Shown here piece by piece: positions 1 to 14,624 of a stretch of 64,000 nucleotides of DNA. The position numbers and the translations under genes are program-made. The DNA is from Eledone cirrhosa. Taxonomy: Eukaryota. Location: positions 2,108,001 through 2,172,000 of the forward strand of contig OZ024761.1 in the NCBI GenBank assembly GCA_964016885.1. The letters are read 5' to 3'. Below the pieces are notes generated by a model that was not told the DNA's origin, did not search any database, and saw only the letters and a program-made list of their open reading frames with translations. The first letter of the stretch is position 1; each line of letters starts with the position of its first letter.

Positions 1-140
1 ACCAACCACATTTACAGCATGGACTGGGCACTTTTTGTCATGTCGGCAACACAGCCACTTAACAGTCTGCGCTGGGCGCTTTTATCTTGACACATATATG
101 ACCAATATACAGTGTGGGCTGGGCACTTTTGTCATGACTT
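1..140 (-). mobile_element. Degenerate fragment of RTE LINE (subfamily A) 3'UTR
   Basis: Resembles the reverse complement of the 3'UTR at about 58190-58275 (acaccaaccacatttacagtgtgg...ggccacattacag). Confidence 0.55.
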
Positions 141-297
141 ATACATATATATAAATGAAAATCTCATTACTGATTTCTACCTCGTGGTGAACAGTTGAAT
201 TCCACTACTGTAGGCTTTCTGATGAATTGCAATAAATAATTAAGCATTGCATATGATTGAACAATATATATTATAGTCAGCATATGTAGACTATTAT

Positions 298-871
298 AAT
301 AGATACAGAAGCCATAGTATCTAGAATAAGGATGGGTTGGAAGAAGTTTAGGGATCTGCTTCCTCTGTTGACAAAGAAGTGTTTCTTCCTACGAACGAAA
401 GGCTGGTTATATGATGCCTGTGTGAGATGTGCATGGTAGTGAGACATGGGCAGCAACTGCAGAGGATATGCAACGGTTGGAGAGAAATGAAGCAAGCATG
501 CTCTGATGGATGTGCAATGTCAATGTATGTGAACGACCAAGCATGGATGTGTTGAGAGAGAAACTGTGTATAAGAGGAATAAGTTATAGTGCGTGGGAGA
601 GAAAACTGTGATGGTATGGATATGTAATGCGCATGGAGGATGACCGCTGGGTAAAGAAGTGCCAAGAAATCCGACTAGAAGGAAGACGCAGTAGAGGAAG
701 ACCATGGAAAACATGGGCAGAGGTGTGTGAGAGTAGACCTCAGATCGCTGAAACTCATGGAGGAGATGACGAAGGACCGTGACAAGTGGAGAGATGCTGT
801 GCTGAATAGGACCCATCCCACCCTTGCAAGCAGGGAAAAGTGGACGTAAAATGATGATGATGATGATGATG
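298..871 (+). mobile_element. 5'-truncated RTE LINE, subfamily B (short 3'UTR), decayed
   Basis: Translates to RIRMGWKKFRDLL..., SETWAATAEDMQRLERNEASML..., GRRSRGRPWKTW. Ends acccatcccacccttgcaagcagggaaaagtggacgtaaaa(tga)n. Matches 55375-56030. Confidence 0.9.
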
Positions 872-948
872 ACAGAAACATATGGCAAAGCAAATAAATT
901 CATAATCTCTTCACGCTGGCATTTTATTTTTCTTGGTGCAATACTTGC

Positions 949-1316
<368 letters not shown>

Positions 1317-1625
1317 CAGTTGTCATGGCGGGTGACATTCCTAGAGCACCCACAAAGAGTGAAAAACCGCGAATATTGGGTGGAGTCCATAAAAATACCT
1401 CTAAACATCAAAATATAGCGTAAAATCTAGGCAAATACGGTAGATTGTTAGTAATTTAGTGTTACAAAGTGTGAAAAAATATATATTGCCATGAAAAAAA
1501 AAGGGAGATATTTACAATTCTGCGAATATGCGGGGTTTCCATGAACAATTATTAGTTAGGTTCTAAGGAAAATTCCACGAATAACTGGGACCGTAAATTC
1601 CAGGACTGCGAATATCAGGGGTACA

Positions 1626-1628
<3 letters not shown>
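1317..1628. mobile_element. Tigger/pogo-like MITE, degenerate TIRs
   Basis: TA|CAGT...ACTG ends set in a TA array. Right end ggactgcgaatatcaggggtacactg and repeated ccgcgaata-like motifs resemble MER2/Tigger-type TIRs (from recall). Confidence 0.5.
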
Positions 1629-1668
<40 letters not shown>

Positions 1669-1753
1669 AAAGTTTTATTTAAGATTGTTGGGTTACAACG
1701 AGTAAATATTTTATAACTGATATAAAAGCACTCAACAGTTTCTGGAGTAGGTT

Positions 1754-1991
1754 TACGATATTAAACAAATGGAAACTATATTTATATTTATAAAACCATA
1801 TTTATTTCGTTATATATATTTCTGGGATATCACATTATCACAAGGTATGTCACTAATTATTTATAAAACAGCTTATGTATTGTATTTTGTCTGAGGAAGG
1901 CATAACATATTTTTAATATGATATCCCAGAAATATATATAACGAAATAAATATGGTTTTATAAATATAGTTTCCATTTGTTTAATATCGTA
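1754..1991 (+). mobile_element. PLE-derived fold-back mini-element with hammerhead motif
   Basis: Inverted arms 1754-1832 and 1919-1991. HHR-like tattttgt-CTGAGGA...GAAA-tatata-TA-acgaaata at 1883-1948. Related copy at about 32650-33060. Confidence 0.65.
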
Positions 1992-2014
1992 TATATATAT
2001 ATATATATATATAT

Positions 2015-2675
2015 TGTTTTTGGCTACCGCCGAAATACAATCTCGCTGAAATTATATTTGTATTAATCTCCGGGCCTAGCAATTAATTAGTTAATTCTAT
2101 TAGACAATTTTATTGACTAATTAATTGCTTAAGTTTATTTAAAAACAACCCGGTAAAGAGCTTACTTCAATTTGTGCAGTTTTTTGCAACTCTTGCAATA
2201 CTTTTACACATTCTGAATGCATCCGCCAAAAACCGGGGTTACCTCCCTTGCAGGGTAAACACGTGGGGTAGTCACTCCACCATTACTACTGCATTGGAAC
2301 CCGCTGGCTGGCTGAGAACAAAATACCTGTTGATGAAATGGCAGCCTTGTTCGATCGTTATACTAAAAGCTTACAACGAAAGCAGGCAGTATAATTGATT
2401 TAGGTGTCACAGAAAACTCCCACTGGATTATACCATCAATTTCCAGGAGGTCCAGGTAAATTCTTTTGTTTAACCTGTTTAGCTTGCTTCAATTTTTGGC
2501 TCCAGTGGCTGATAGCTTCATGACCGCCATTTTCATTTTGTCTGGCTTCTATAACGTATGTTAATTGCTCTGGTCTTCTTTTAGTCCATTGAGTGCTTGC
2601 CGCATATCTCGAAGATTGCGTTTTGCTTTGTTTTAGGCAACCGCCAAAATACGATCTCGCTGAAATTATATTTGT
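2015..2675 (+). mobile_element. Unclassified interspersed repeat with about 35-bp terminal direct repeats
   Basis: accgccgaaatacaatctcgctgaaattatatttgta at about 2026 recurs at about 2640. A diverged inverted relative lies at about 61200-61625. Flanked by TA arrays. Confidence 0.55.
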
Positions 2676-2892
2676 ATATATGTATATATATGTAAAAAGT
2701 AAACAGAAACAACACAATTGGTACAGTATATGGAAGGAATATATTAGGCTAATGCTTGAAATAGCAGGAAGAGAGTCTTAAGATTCGGACGCTAATATAT
2801 ATATATATATTACAGTTGATGACAGCATTCAAATTTGGCAGGGAGGATTGTAATTTTCAAAATCCCCTGTAATGTAGGGTGCAAAGGGACAC

Positions 2893-3225
2893 AATAACAC
2901 TTTGCCATGTAGACACTACACTTTGCCATGTAGACACTACACTTACCCATGTAGACACAACACTTAGCCATGTAGACACAATAATTAATCATGTAGACAC
3001 TACACTTATCCATGTAGACACTACACTTAGGCATGTAGATACTACACTTAGCCATGTAAACACAATACTTAGCCATGTAGATACTACACTTAGCCATGTA
3101 GATACTACACTGAGCCATGTAGATACTACACTTAGCCATGTAGATACTACACTTAGACATGTAGATACTACACTTACCTATGTAGATACAACATTTACCA
3201 ATGAAAAAATAACACTTACCCATGA
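2893..3225. repeat. 21-bp minisatellite (ccatgtagacactacacttag), about 16 copies
   Basis: Seen directly; produces HVDTTLS / MAKCSIY repeat ORFs. Confidence 0.93.
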
Positions 3226-3464
3226 AGAAATGCATGATCAAGATGTTCACACAGTCGATGACAATGCCAACTGTTATTTGTTAACACTACCTCTGATTCC
3301 CCAGTACATAGCTGGTATTCATGGATCTGAAATTATACACACACACATATATATATATACTTTGATTATACATCAATACATAGCTGGCATTCCTGGGTCT
3401 GAAATTATACAACACACACAAATGGAAAAGCAGATGTAAAAATGATATATACATATATATACAC

Positions 3465-3609
3465 ACGAAGGGCATCCAACTGTAGAAAACCCGCCAGACA
3501 GTCCTATGCGAGCAAGACAACCACTCTTGCCTCAAGTGGGAAAACCCCCGTCCAAACCCATGCAAGCGTGGAACACGGACGCTAACCCTGATGATGATGA
3601 TGATGATGA
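3465..3609 (+). mobile_element. RTE subfamily A 3' terminus
   Basis: gaagggcatccaactgtagaaaacccgcc...acccatgcaagcgtggaacacggacg followed by (tga)n. Confidence 0.85.
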
Positions 3610-3687
3610 CACACATATATATACATTTTATTAAGACTAAATAGTGAATCTTATTACTATTACTCTGGAATTTTGCCTATAATATAT

Positions 3688-4427
<740 letters not shown>

Positions 4428-4537
4428 ATATATATATGAAGTAATTCCGTCGGAAAAGTCCAGGAAAAAAGAGTGCTCTATGTAGGTAACAGAGCTTAAT
4501 TATTATTATTATGTAATAAACAACATAAGGCAATTAT

Positions 4538-4594
4538 TCCATTTACCAGTGGTTTCTTAAAAGTAAAAGATTTTGCTTTCAATCCTCAGAATGA
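4538..4594 (-). ncRNA. Type I hammerhead ribozyme motif (PLE-type)
   Basis: Minus strand: ttcatt-CTGAGGA-ttgaaag...ctttta-a-GAAA-ccactgg-TA-aatgga. Confidence 0.65.
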
Positions 4595-4632
4595 AAAAAT
4601 CCTGGTCTGTTTATTGAATTTGGATTTTAAAA

Positions 4633-4731
4633 ATATATATATATATGTGTATGTGTATATATATATATGTATGTGTATATATATATGTATGTGTATATAT
4701 ATATATATGTATGTGTATGTATATATATATG

Positions 4732-4782
<51 letters not shown>

Positions 4783-4793
4783 ATATATATATG

Positions 4794-4830
<37 letters not shown>

Positions 4831-4937
4831 ATGTGTATATATATATATATGTATGTGTATATATATATGTATGTGTATATATATATATATGTATGTGTAT
4901 ATATATATATATGTATGTGTATATATATATGTATGAG

Positions 4938-4969
<32 letters not shown>

Positions 4970-5381
4970 TGTATGTATATATATATATGTGTGTGTATAT
5001 ATATATATATATGTGTGTATATATATATATATATGTATGTGTATATATATATATGTATGTGTATATATATATGTATGTGTATATATATATATATATGTAT
5101 GTGTATATATATATATATGTGTATATATATATATATGTATGTGTATATATATATATATGTATGTGTATATATATATGTATGTGTATATATATATATATGT
5201 GTGTATATATATATGTATGTGTATATATATATATGTATGTGTATATATATATGTATGTGTATATATATATGTATGTGTATATATATATATATGTATGTGT
5301 ATATATATATATATATGTATGTGTGTATATATATATATGTATGTGTATATATATATATATGTATGTGTATATATATATATG

Positions 5382-5427
<46 letters not shown>

Positions 5428-5434
5428 CACATAC

Positions 5435-5483
<49 letters not shown>
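4633..5483. repeat. Compound (TA)n/(GTAT/GT) microsatellite
   Basis: Seen directly in the sequence. Confidence 0.97.
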
Positions 5484-5485
<2 letters not shown>

Positions 5486-5599
5486 AACGAGTAGGACCCC
5501 CGACGGCTGAGCTCAAGCCGTTTCGACGGCTAATTCTGGACTTAGTCCAGAATTAGCCGTCGAAACGGCTTACAATTTGTAAATAATATGTAAACATTT

Positions 5600-7680
5600 T
5601 TTTTATTAACAGACACTTCATCACTATTCAGGAAACTTGACTTGTAAAATCTTTCTCTCAGTGGTTACGGCAAACAACAGAGCAGGTTGACCGAGAAGGC
5701 CGAACACCCGCCAATCGCCTTAGAGTCGAACAAAGAACTATCTTCATCTTACAGACCCACACTCCCCCCGGCCTGAACTCCCCACCCTTATTCCTTTAGC
5801 CTTCGACCGCCCCCCTCCCCCCCACACTAACACCACTAACACACCCCTCCTTTTCACCGCCCACCCCACAACTAACAATACTAACACCTCCACTCCAACC
5901 CTCATCCGACCACCCTTCCCCAACTAACATACTAACATCCCTCGCTTCTTCTCCTCCTCCCCCCCCCCTCCTTATCACACGCACACACACACCCACCGGC
6001 ATATATATACACGCGCTCACACTAAACACACACCCTACTACCACCACTAACCCTCACCCCCACACCTCCATCCCACCACCCCGCAACTAACCTCACTAAC
6101 ACCCCCTGACCCCAAGCACACGAACACACGCACCCACTTACACCACCCATCCCACACGCAACTAACATCACTAACACCCCCCCCCCAACCCCACGCACAC
6201 GTACCCACACACCCTCGTACACCACCAACTCTACACACCCTACCACCACTAACCCCCACTCACACCTGCATTCAACCCTTCCCCACCTCCCGTATACTAA
6301 CACCCCTTCATCAAACTACACACACACCAGTACACCACACTCTCTCCATAGAACTACACACACCCTTCTCTCCCCGCTCCACCCACACCCTCGCTCCACA
6401 CTCACTCATCCCACTAACACCTCTACTAATACACACACCCTCCTCACTCCAACTTTCACACCTACCCATCCTCGCCCCTTTACCATTCCACCGACTGCTG
6501 CTATGCCCTCTGACCACCTCCCAGCACAAACAGACACACAGCACCCCCACTGCTTGACCACTTCCTGTTGCGCGCGCACCCCACATCTCTCCTCTTCCAA
6601 CCATCTCTTCATGGAATACTCGTATGTGGAACTTGACCACCACAGAATCCACTAAACATCATGGGATTTTACCAACTTTTCAACCATCCTCTTACGGAAC
6701 CACCTATATAACTCACCCACACACACACCCCAAAAATTTTTTTTCTCCACACTCCACCTACACCCACAACACGCTTAAACCCCACACACACGTGCTTTCC
6801 ACCACATATTTCCACCCTTAGCCTCCTGATTCCTCTCCCCCCACCCTCTATCCACACACGCACAGACACTCCGACCTACACCCCCCCCACACACACACCT
6901 CTTCCTGAACATGCAACCCCGTTCTTCCCCCAATCCTTACTTTCACATACACACACACACACACGTACACCTACACACACACACCACGTTCAGCCCTCCC
7001 CGCTCGGACACCCCGTCTCCTTCTCCCCACTCCACCCGCCACCACCCCTACACCCTTCCACCACCTGTTTTATCCCCCTTTTAATTTCAGTTTATTTTGA
7101 TCATGCTTTTATATTTAATTTTATTTCATTCCTTGTATTTTGATCATGCTTTATTTTTATTTTTAATTTCATTCGCACTGTTTCCTTTCGCTATATGTCT
7201 CTCCACCACTCCCCTACACACCCTTTGGACTCTGTTCCCACACACTTCTAACCTGCTACGTCACGATTCTTAGCCATTTTTTAATGTATTCTTGGCGCGA
7301 TCACTTTGGAAAATTTATTGTCTAGATTTGAGCAAACTCCTGAAGAGTCCGGTGCTTGAGTTTCCGAAGTTATCGGAAATCTTAAAATGCGGACGAAACC
7401 ATGGTCGAGGTAAATAAATGTATTCTCTTTTCTCCTAGTTTATTTTACACCTAATTCTGTTTAATTGACTATATCTGGGCGATTACGCTGTCGAAATATT
7501 CGATAAATATTCCGTCGCAGCCAGCGCGAAGGGCTGGTTTCTGTTATTTGTTGGAGATTTCTTCATAGAAGCCTTATTCTTATAGCCTGGTCTATTCGAT
7601 TTTTTATATGGTTAATTGTGCTAATTGGGAGAGGAAATGGTATATATTTTATCTGGTGATTCTCTAGACATGTTTTATGA
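5600..7680 (+). mobile_element. Penelope-like element 3' remnant: ORF end, C-rich 3' region and hammerhead repeat
   Basis: About 5710-5785 encodes RLRVEQRTIFILQTHTPPGLNS, typical of a PLE GIY-YIG C-terminus. C/A-rich low-complexity tract at 5760-7080. HHR at 7337-7409. The distal segment 7440-7680 is shared with 11745-12005, 43610-43880 and 44270-44390. Confidence 0.7.
7337..7409 (+). ncRNA. Type I hammerhead ribozyme
   Basis: ctc-CTGAAGA-gtccg...cggac-GAAA-ccatgg-TC-gag. Canonical core, palindromic stem III, GUC cleavage triplet. Confidence 0.8.
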
Positions 7681-7684
7681 TATA

Positions 7685-7774
<90 letters not shown>

Positions 7775-7777
<3 letters not shown>

Positions 7778-8325
7778 TGGCTGCCAACTCGTTTTCGAGT
7801 ACGGCCACTACTTTATATCCATGTAGGAGAACTCCTACCAATGCGCTGAACGAGTGACATTTTAGTCCAGCCAGCAACTTGAAAACTCTGGTACAAACAC
7901 TACACTTGCGACAATCATTGACACATAGTGCTGGGCCAATGGTACCATGTGACGACAAGTGCAGAGAGATCTCCAGATATAAAGCAATGCCTGTGCCGTG
8001 AAGCTTTTATAGTGAGCAAAGGCACTGCACAAAGCCAGTCCCACTCTCTTAACCAAGATGATATTTACCAAAAAGAAGAACAAGTCGACATCATTGGATA
8101 CCATCAGGGTTGCAGGTGTTATATCAGAGTTTTCCTTCTCCTAGAATTCTGCCTTGACAAAGGCTAAGGGGTCATCTCTCCCGGTCATTTTGGATGGCCA
8201 TTGACTCTTAAGAGCTCCTTTGCCCTTTGACAGGTTTTGTTTTTAGTCCTGCAGGATGTCCAAAATCACCCTCCTCACCAAGAAACCTTGGTGGGGTTGC
8301 CAGTTTAGTCGCCAACGACCCGACC
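7775..8325 (-). mobile_element. Non-autonomous bipartite RTE-derived element
   Basis: Near-identical to 40030-40637. Has the RTE-type 5' motif ctaggagaaggaaactctga and a 3' C2H2-like CSVCTRVFKLLAGLKCH remnant. Confidence 0.7.
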
Positions 8326-9414
<1,089 letters not shown>

Positions 9415-10350
9415 GTCCACCAGGGCTCTGTTCTTAGCCCTCTCCTGTTCATTATCAGGCAATAATGGAGGAGTTTATGACCGGATGCCCATGGGAACTC
9501 TTATATGCAGATGATCTCACACTTATAGCTGAATCTATGGTGGAACTAGAGAAGAAATTCCAAACATGGAAGCAGGGACTAGAAAGACAGGGTCTCAAAG
9601 TCAACCTGACAAAGAGTACGGTCCTCGTACGTAGACGAGAAAACAGAACCCAGATCCCCTCAGGGAAATGGCTTTGCTCAGTATGTAGGAAAGCTGTAGG
9701 TAGGAACTCCATCCTCTGCCCCAAATGCAAACAATGGGTACACAAGAGATGTAGTGGGATCTCAGGAAGCTTAGCTAAGAATGTAGCAGCTGCGCTGGAA
9801 CAACAAGCTGCAAACGGCCACAGGAAACACGCACCACCAAACTCTGGGAGGGTTCTGTAGAAACAGTAGACAGCTTCTGCTACCTGGATGACCGAATTAG
9901 CAGCGGAGGTGGGTGTTCGGAAAGTACAATAACTAGGATAAGAACGGGATGGAAGAAGTTCAGGGAGCTGCTGCCACTGCTAGCTGGAAAAGGCTTTTCC
10001 CTCAAAATGAAAGGCAGACAAACAGCAATGTTACATGGTAGTGAGACCTGGGTGCTGTCTGTAGAAGACTTGCGTAGATTAGAAAGAAAAGAAGCTTGCA
10101 TGCTCCGATGGATGTGTAATATTAATATACGTGAACGGCAAAGCATGAACGAATTGAGAGAGAGACTGAGCAAAAGAGGAATCAAATGCTGTGTGCAGGA
10201 GAGGAGGTTGTGTTGGTATGGACATGTGACATGTATAAAGGATGACAGCTGCATAAAAAGGTGCAGAGCACTAGAAGTTGATGGAAGCCACGGAGTGGGG
10301 AGACCCAAGAAGACCTGGGATGAGGTGATAAAAGCCGACCTTACCTAATT
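9415..10350 (+). mobile_element. RTE LINE RT fragment, frameshifted
   Basis: [22 protein letters not shown]-like CSVC...CPKC...HKRC, LHGSETW and GRPKKTW. Confidence 0.92.
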
Positions 10351-10889
10351 TCACCTAATTGCACCTCTCTACATGATAAAAAAATGATATGTTGGTTTGT
10401 TGGTTCCTCCGCACTCACTCACTCAAGTGATACAAACACACAAAAACACAGCTGTGACGAATCTTAGAACGCTGGACTTCTATAGTTTCTCACCCCCTCC
10501 TTCTTCAGTCATCATGTAGAGGTGTGTGTCTGTTTATATATATGTATGTGTAAATGAGTGTGTGTTTGTAATTCTATTATCTATGTAAATAAACACACAC
10601 AAATATTATATATAAATATAATTTACACAAACACACACATACACACATACAAACACTCACATAATCATAACAGCCAATGTGTGTAGCCAATTCGCTATAC
10701 ATATGTATACACAGGTGTAGCAAATATTAGACACTGCCACCTCTTCCTTCCTCAGTCGACGTAATCACCCCTTCCTTCCCCGGTCATCTTTTGTGATAGA
10801 CAAATACACAAGGGTATTATATATTAGTAGATACTGACAACACACATTCACATGTTTATGTGAAGAGGAGAGATACGTATATATATACA

Positions 10890-11545
10890 CGTCTCACCAG
10901 TACTCCACCAACATGCCAAAATAGAACATAAGGGCACATTAGAGAACATAGAGATAAAAATTATATCCACACACAGAAAAGATGCAATACTCAGACAAAT
11001 CACAGAGGCAACAAATATAAAGGAACTCCAACCCAAATTAAACAGAAAACATGAGTGGAATAGCAACATCACAACTACTAATTAAGGACAAAATGAAGAC
11101 ATACAGACACACACAAAAACCAAACTAACAAAACAAATCAGACACACACAGATAGAACAAACAACCAACTAGTGACAAATAAATAAACACATAAATAGAT
11201 AAATAAAAACACACACACACAGATGTAATGCATGCGCAAACACAACACACAAAAACAAGATGGTGAAGGACAGAACAAAGGAGAGACACACAAAATAAAA
11301 ACCTAGTCACTGAGGAGGTCACAGAATGTGTGACGAAAGAGCTTTGACAATATATAATCAACCTTCCAGTTATCGAACCAATCAACCAACCGGAAATGTA
11401 TAATAAATTAGAGTAAAACCAACCGGTGTGTGTGTGTGATTTTATTGGCAACATGACCATCCCAAAGTATAACAATATCTGTTTCAACACACGGTTTCAG
11501 ATAAGAAATCTCGCAAAACAATTTCAAAAACGAATTATATATACT
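10890..11545 (+). mobile_element. Penelope-like element 3' end (GIY-YIG C-terminus plus hammerhead repeat)
   Basis: SPVLHQHAKIEHKG...RQITEATNIKELQPKLNRKHEW ending about 11085. HHR gtca-CTGAGGA-g-gtcaca-gaatg-tgtgac-GAAA-gagc-TT-tgac at 11306-11348. Confidence 0.75.
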
Positions 11546-11653
11546 CTTTTACCTGTTCCAGCCATCCGGCTGAGGCCATATATATATATAGGCACTGCCA
11601 ATACTGGAATTGAATAATCAAGACCGTAGCGGTATGTCATATATCAAATCATA

Positions 11654-11714
11654 TATTTTGCTGATGAGGACGTACTGAAACAACACAGTACCTTTGAAAT
11701 ATATATAATAAAAT
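11654..11714 (+). ncRNA. Hammerhead ribozyme motif
   Basis: tattttg-CTGATGA-ggacgtactg...cagtaccttt-GAAA-tatata-TA-ataaaata. Family copies on the minus strand at 28414-28480 and 42614-42666. Confidence 0.7.
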
Positions 11715-12177
11715 ATATAATAATTACGGTATGTACACATTTCTTCTAAGTTTAATTTTACACCTAATTGTGTATGGTTGATGATATATTTAGTCAGTTT
11801 CTACATGCTGTCGAAATGTTGGATAAATACTCTATTGGGGCCACCGCGAAGAGGCCACATTCGGTTATTTGTCGGAGATTTCTTCATAAGAGCCTTTCTT
11901 CTTATAGCTTGGTCTAATTGATTTTTTATATGGTTAATTATGCTAATTAGAAGAGGAAATAGTATATATTTTATCTAATAATTCTAAGGACATGATTTAT
12001 GATATAATAAAGTATATATTTTGATTATGCGAATATTTTTCATTTGTTAACATTTTGAATAATATTAAAAACTCCAGGAAAACTACAGTTGAGTGCTTCT
12101 AATCTATTGTAAAATTGTATTCGTTGAGTAATCAACGAACCACACTAATCTTTGGTTTTATATATATATATATATAT

Positions 12178-12684
12178 AAGGCCTGGGCGGCGTGCCACAG
12201 CTTGAGATCGGTGTGGAAGTCGGACCTTCGTAGAGACCTGAAAATCCGCCTCTTCATTGCTGTAGTGGAGTCTGTGCTGCTGTATGGGTCTGAGACTTGG
12301 ACACTGACCAAGAAACTCACTCAGATGGTGGATGGGTGCTACACGAGAATGCTGAGGATCGCTCTGAACATTAATCAGTATACACTGAGGATGAAAAACT
12401 CAGAGCTGTATGGGAGCATCCCGAAAGTCAGCTCAAAAGTGACACAGAGGAGACTGAGGTTGGCTGGACATGCTCACCGACATCCAGAGTTGACATTGCA
12501 CTCAGTGCTCCTTTGGGAGCCCCTACATGGACACACTAGAAGAGGAAGACCAAGGTTAACATGTTGATGCCCTAAGGACAGACACTGGTCTGTTGGAGAT
12601 GCAGGATATGGCAGCGATAGTGAGGGACAGAGACCGCTGGAGAGAACTCGTCCATGGATCTCAGGAATTTTACCCGCCTTAGAT

Positions 12685-12690
<6 letters not shown>
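12178..12690 (+). mobile_element. 3' fragment of a different RTE-like LINE family
   Basis: KIRLFIAVVESVLLYGSETWTLT...LRLAGH...RRGRPRLT, then DRDRWRELV in a shifted frame. Confidence 0.85.
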
Positions 12691-12722
<32 letters not shown>

Positions 12723-12849
12723 GCAAGCCGAAAATTGCTTATTGTAATCCAGTTCGTGGTTAAGACAGCCAGTTTCATGGACGGTTTCAAGGTACGGTTA
12801 GGGGTAACTCCACAAGTTTGTAAGAATCACGTTCAATCTTGGAGTGTAA

Positions 12850-14357
12850 AGGATAAAAGAGAAAACACAGGTAAGCATTAAAAAAAGGATTTTATCCAGG
12901 TATTTACGACCGTTTCATTGGTAAGTGCAACCTTATATTGTTATACTGCAAATAGCAACCACTGAATAATAATTGTTGTACACGTCCAAATTTTCAAAAT
13001 AGTGAATAAGTTACTCTTAACAAGTTCTTAATATATAAAAAAACATTTTTTGGAATTGTATTTGCTAGTATAGAGAGAGAGGAAGAGGAATTAGAAAGTG
13101 GAGGGACAAAGGGAGTAGTATAGAGAGAGAGAGAGGAAGGGGGAGAAGAATCAGGAAGTAGGGTGACAAACTGAGATGGTTGCCATTGACAAGAATTGTA
13201 ATTGCCACATATCTGAAACCTGTCCATTACATAACGAATTTATACAGTCTAACCTGGTTTACCAATGCACAGTGGAATCAGACAACCAGAAATGGTATTA
13301 CATCGGAGTGACTGGGAATACATTTAAAGCTCGTTGGTATACCCACCGTTACACAATGAAACATTCCCAGCATCGTTATGTAACTACCCTTGCAAACAAG
13401 ACCTGGCAACTGAGGGAAAGTAACCACCAATACACCCTGAAGTGGAAAAAATTATCGAACTCGCCCCCATATCGGAGTGAAAAGAGAAGCTTTCGGTTAT
13501 GTGACCTTGAGCTGTTCCACATTTTGAGTTCGAAGAATAAGTTACTCAACAATAAAATCGAAAGATCGATTTATTGTAACCATAGACTCAAAGAAAGGTT
13601 TTCGCACTACAAGTGCAAATCGAACCCTTAACCTCTTATTACCACCTGACAAACTGCATATACTTAGACTTTCTACCCTCTTATTGTATACAACCCCTTT
13701 AATTACCCACAAAAACCAATACCTATATCCCTCCCTTCTCCTTCATTCCTTTTCTATTTCTTTTCGTTTTCTTCCATTCTTCTCGCCCTTTTTTTATGTC
13801 TTTTCTTTTCTTCTTTCTCCCCTCTCCCCTTCTTTATTTTATTTATTTATTTATTTTATATATATATCTATCTCTCTATCTCTCCCCCCTCTCTCTCTTT
13901 CTCTCTCTCTGACCATCCCTCCCACTATAAACAATTTAATTCTCTTTAACTCACTACACTCTAAATCAACGACATCATGTCTACATATATCAAAACTGAT
14001 CGAAGATTCCGTCCACCTCTACCCCTCCCTCCATCTCAGTTTGTCACTCTACTTCCTAATTCTCCCCCCCCCTCCTCTCTCTCTCTATACTACTCCCTTT
14101 GTCCCTCCACTTTCTAATTCCTCTTCCTCTCTCTCTACACTAGCAAATACAATTCCAAAAAATGTTTTTTATATATTAAGAACTTGTTAAGAGTAACTTA
14201 TTCACTATTTTGAAAATTTGGACGTGTACAACAATTATTATTGAGTGGCTGCTATTTGCAGTATAGCAATATAAGGTTGCACTTACCAATGAAACGGTCG
14301 TAAATACCTGGATAAAATCCTTTATTTTTTTATGCTTACCTGTGTTTTCTCTTTTAT

Positions 14358-14360
<3 letters not shown>
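12850..14360 (+). mobile_element. Penelope-like element: 5'-truncated GIY-YIG ORF flanked by about 330-bp inverted repeats
   Basis: Arms 12850-13179 and 14031-14360. The ORF 13176-13631 reads NCNC...CPL...LVYQC...YYIGVTGNTFKARWYTH...LCDLE...LLN. Confidence 0.85.
13176..13631 (+). pseudogene. GIY-YIG endonuclease domain of PLE, truncated
   Basis: VY...YIG.T...FK.R...H motif preceded by a Cys-rich segment. Confidence 0.8.
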
Positions 14361-14401
<41 letters not shown>

Positions 14402-14437
14402 TGTGAGAAAAACCACAGACCCTCCATCTCAATTCTA

Positions 14438-14473
14438 CTTTTGAAAAGCAGAAGAACTGCGAAACCGGTAAAG
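14438..14473 (+). ncRNA. Minimal hammerhead motif, U3-A8 core variant
   Basis: ctt-TTGAAAA-gcag-aagaa-ctgc-GAAA-ccgg-TA-aag. Confidence 0.55.
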
Positions 14474-14624
14474 GAACCAAATAAATATATATATATTTTT
14501 TAAAAATAAGACTCCAGTTGCATTTTCGATTTCATCTTTTTTTCTTTATACTCTCACTCGTGTAGGACACCTCGGTTATTTTTCATTTTGTAAAAAAACC
14601 CTCACTTTTTAATATATATATATA

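Noticed and set aside
215-275. Hammerhead (ctgatga...gaa)
   Set aside because: A CTGATGA and a possible stem II are present, but stems I and III are not convincing.
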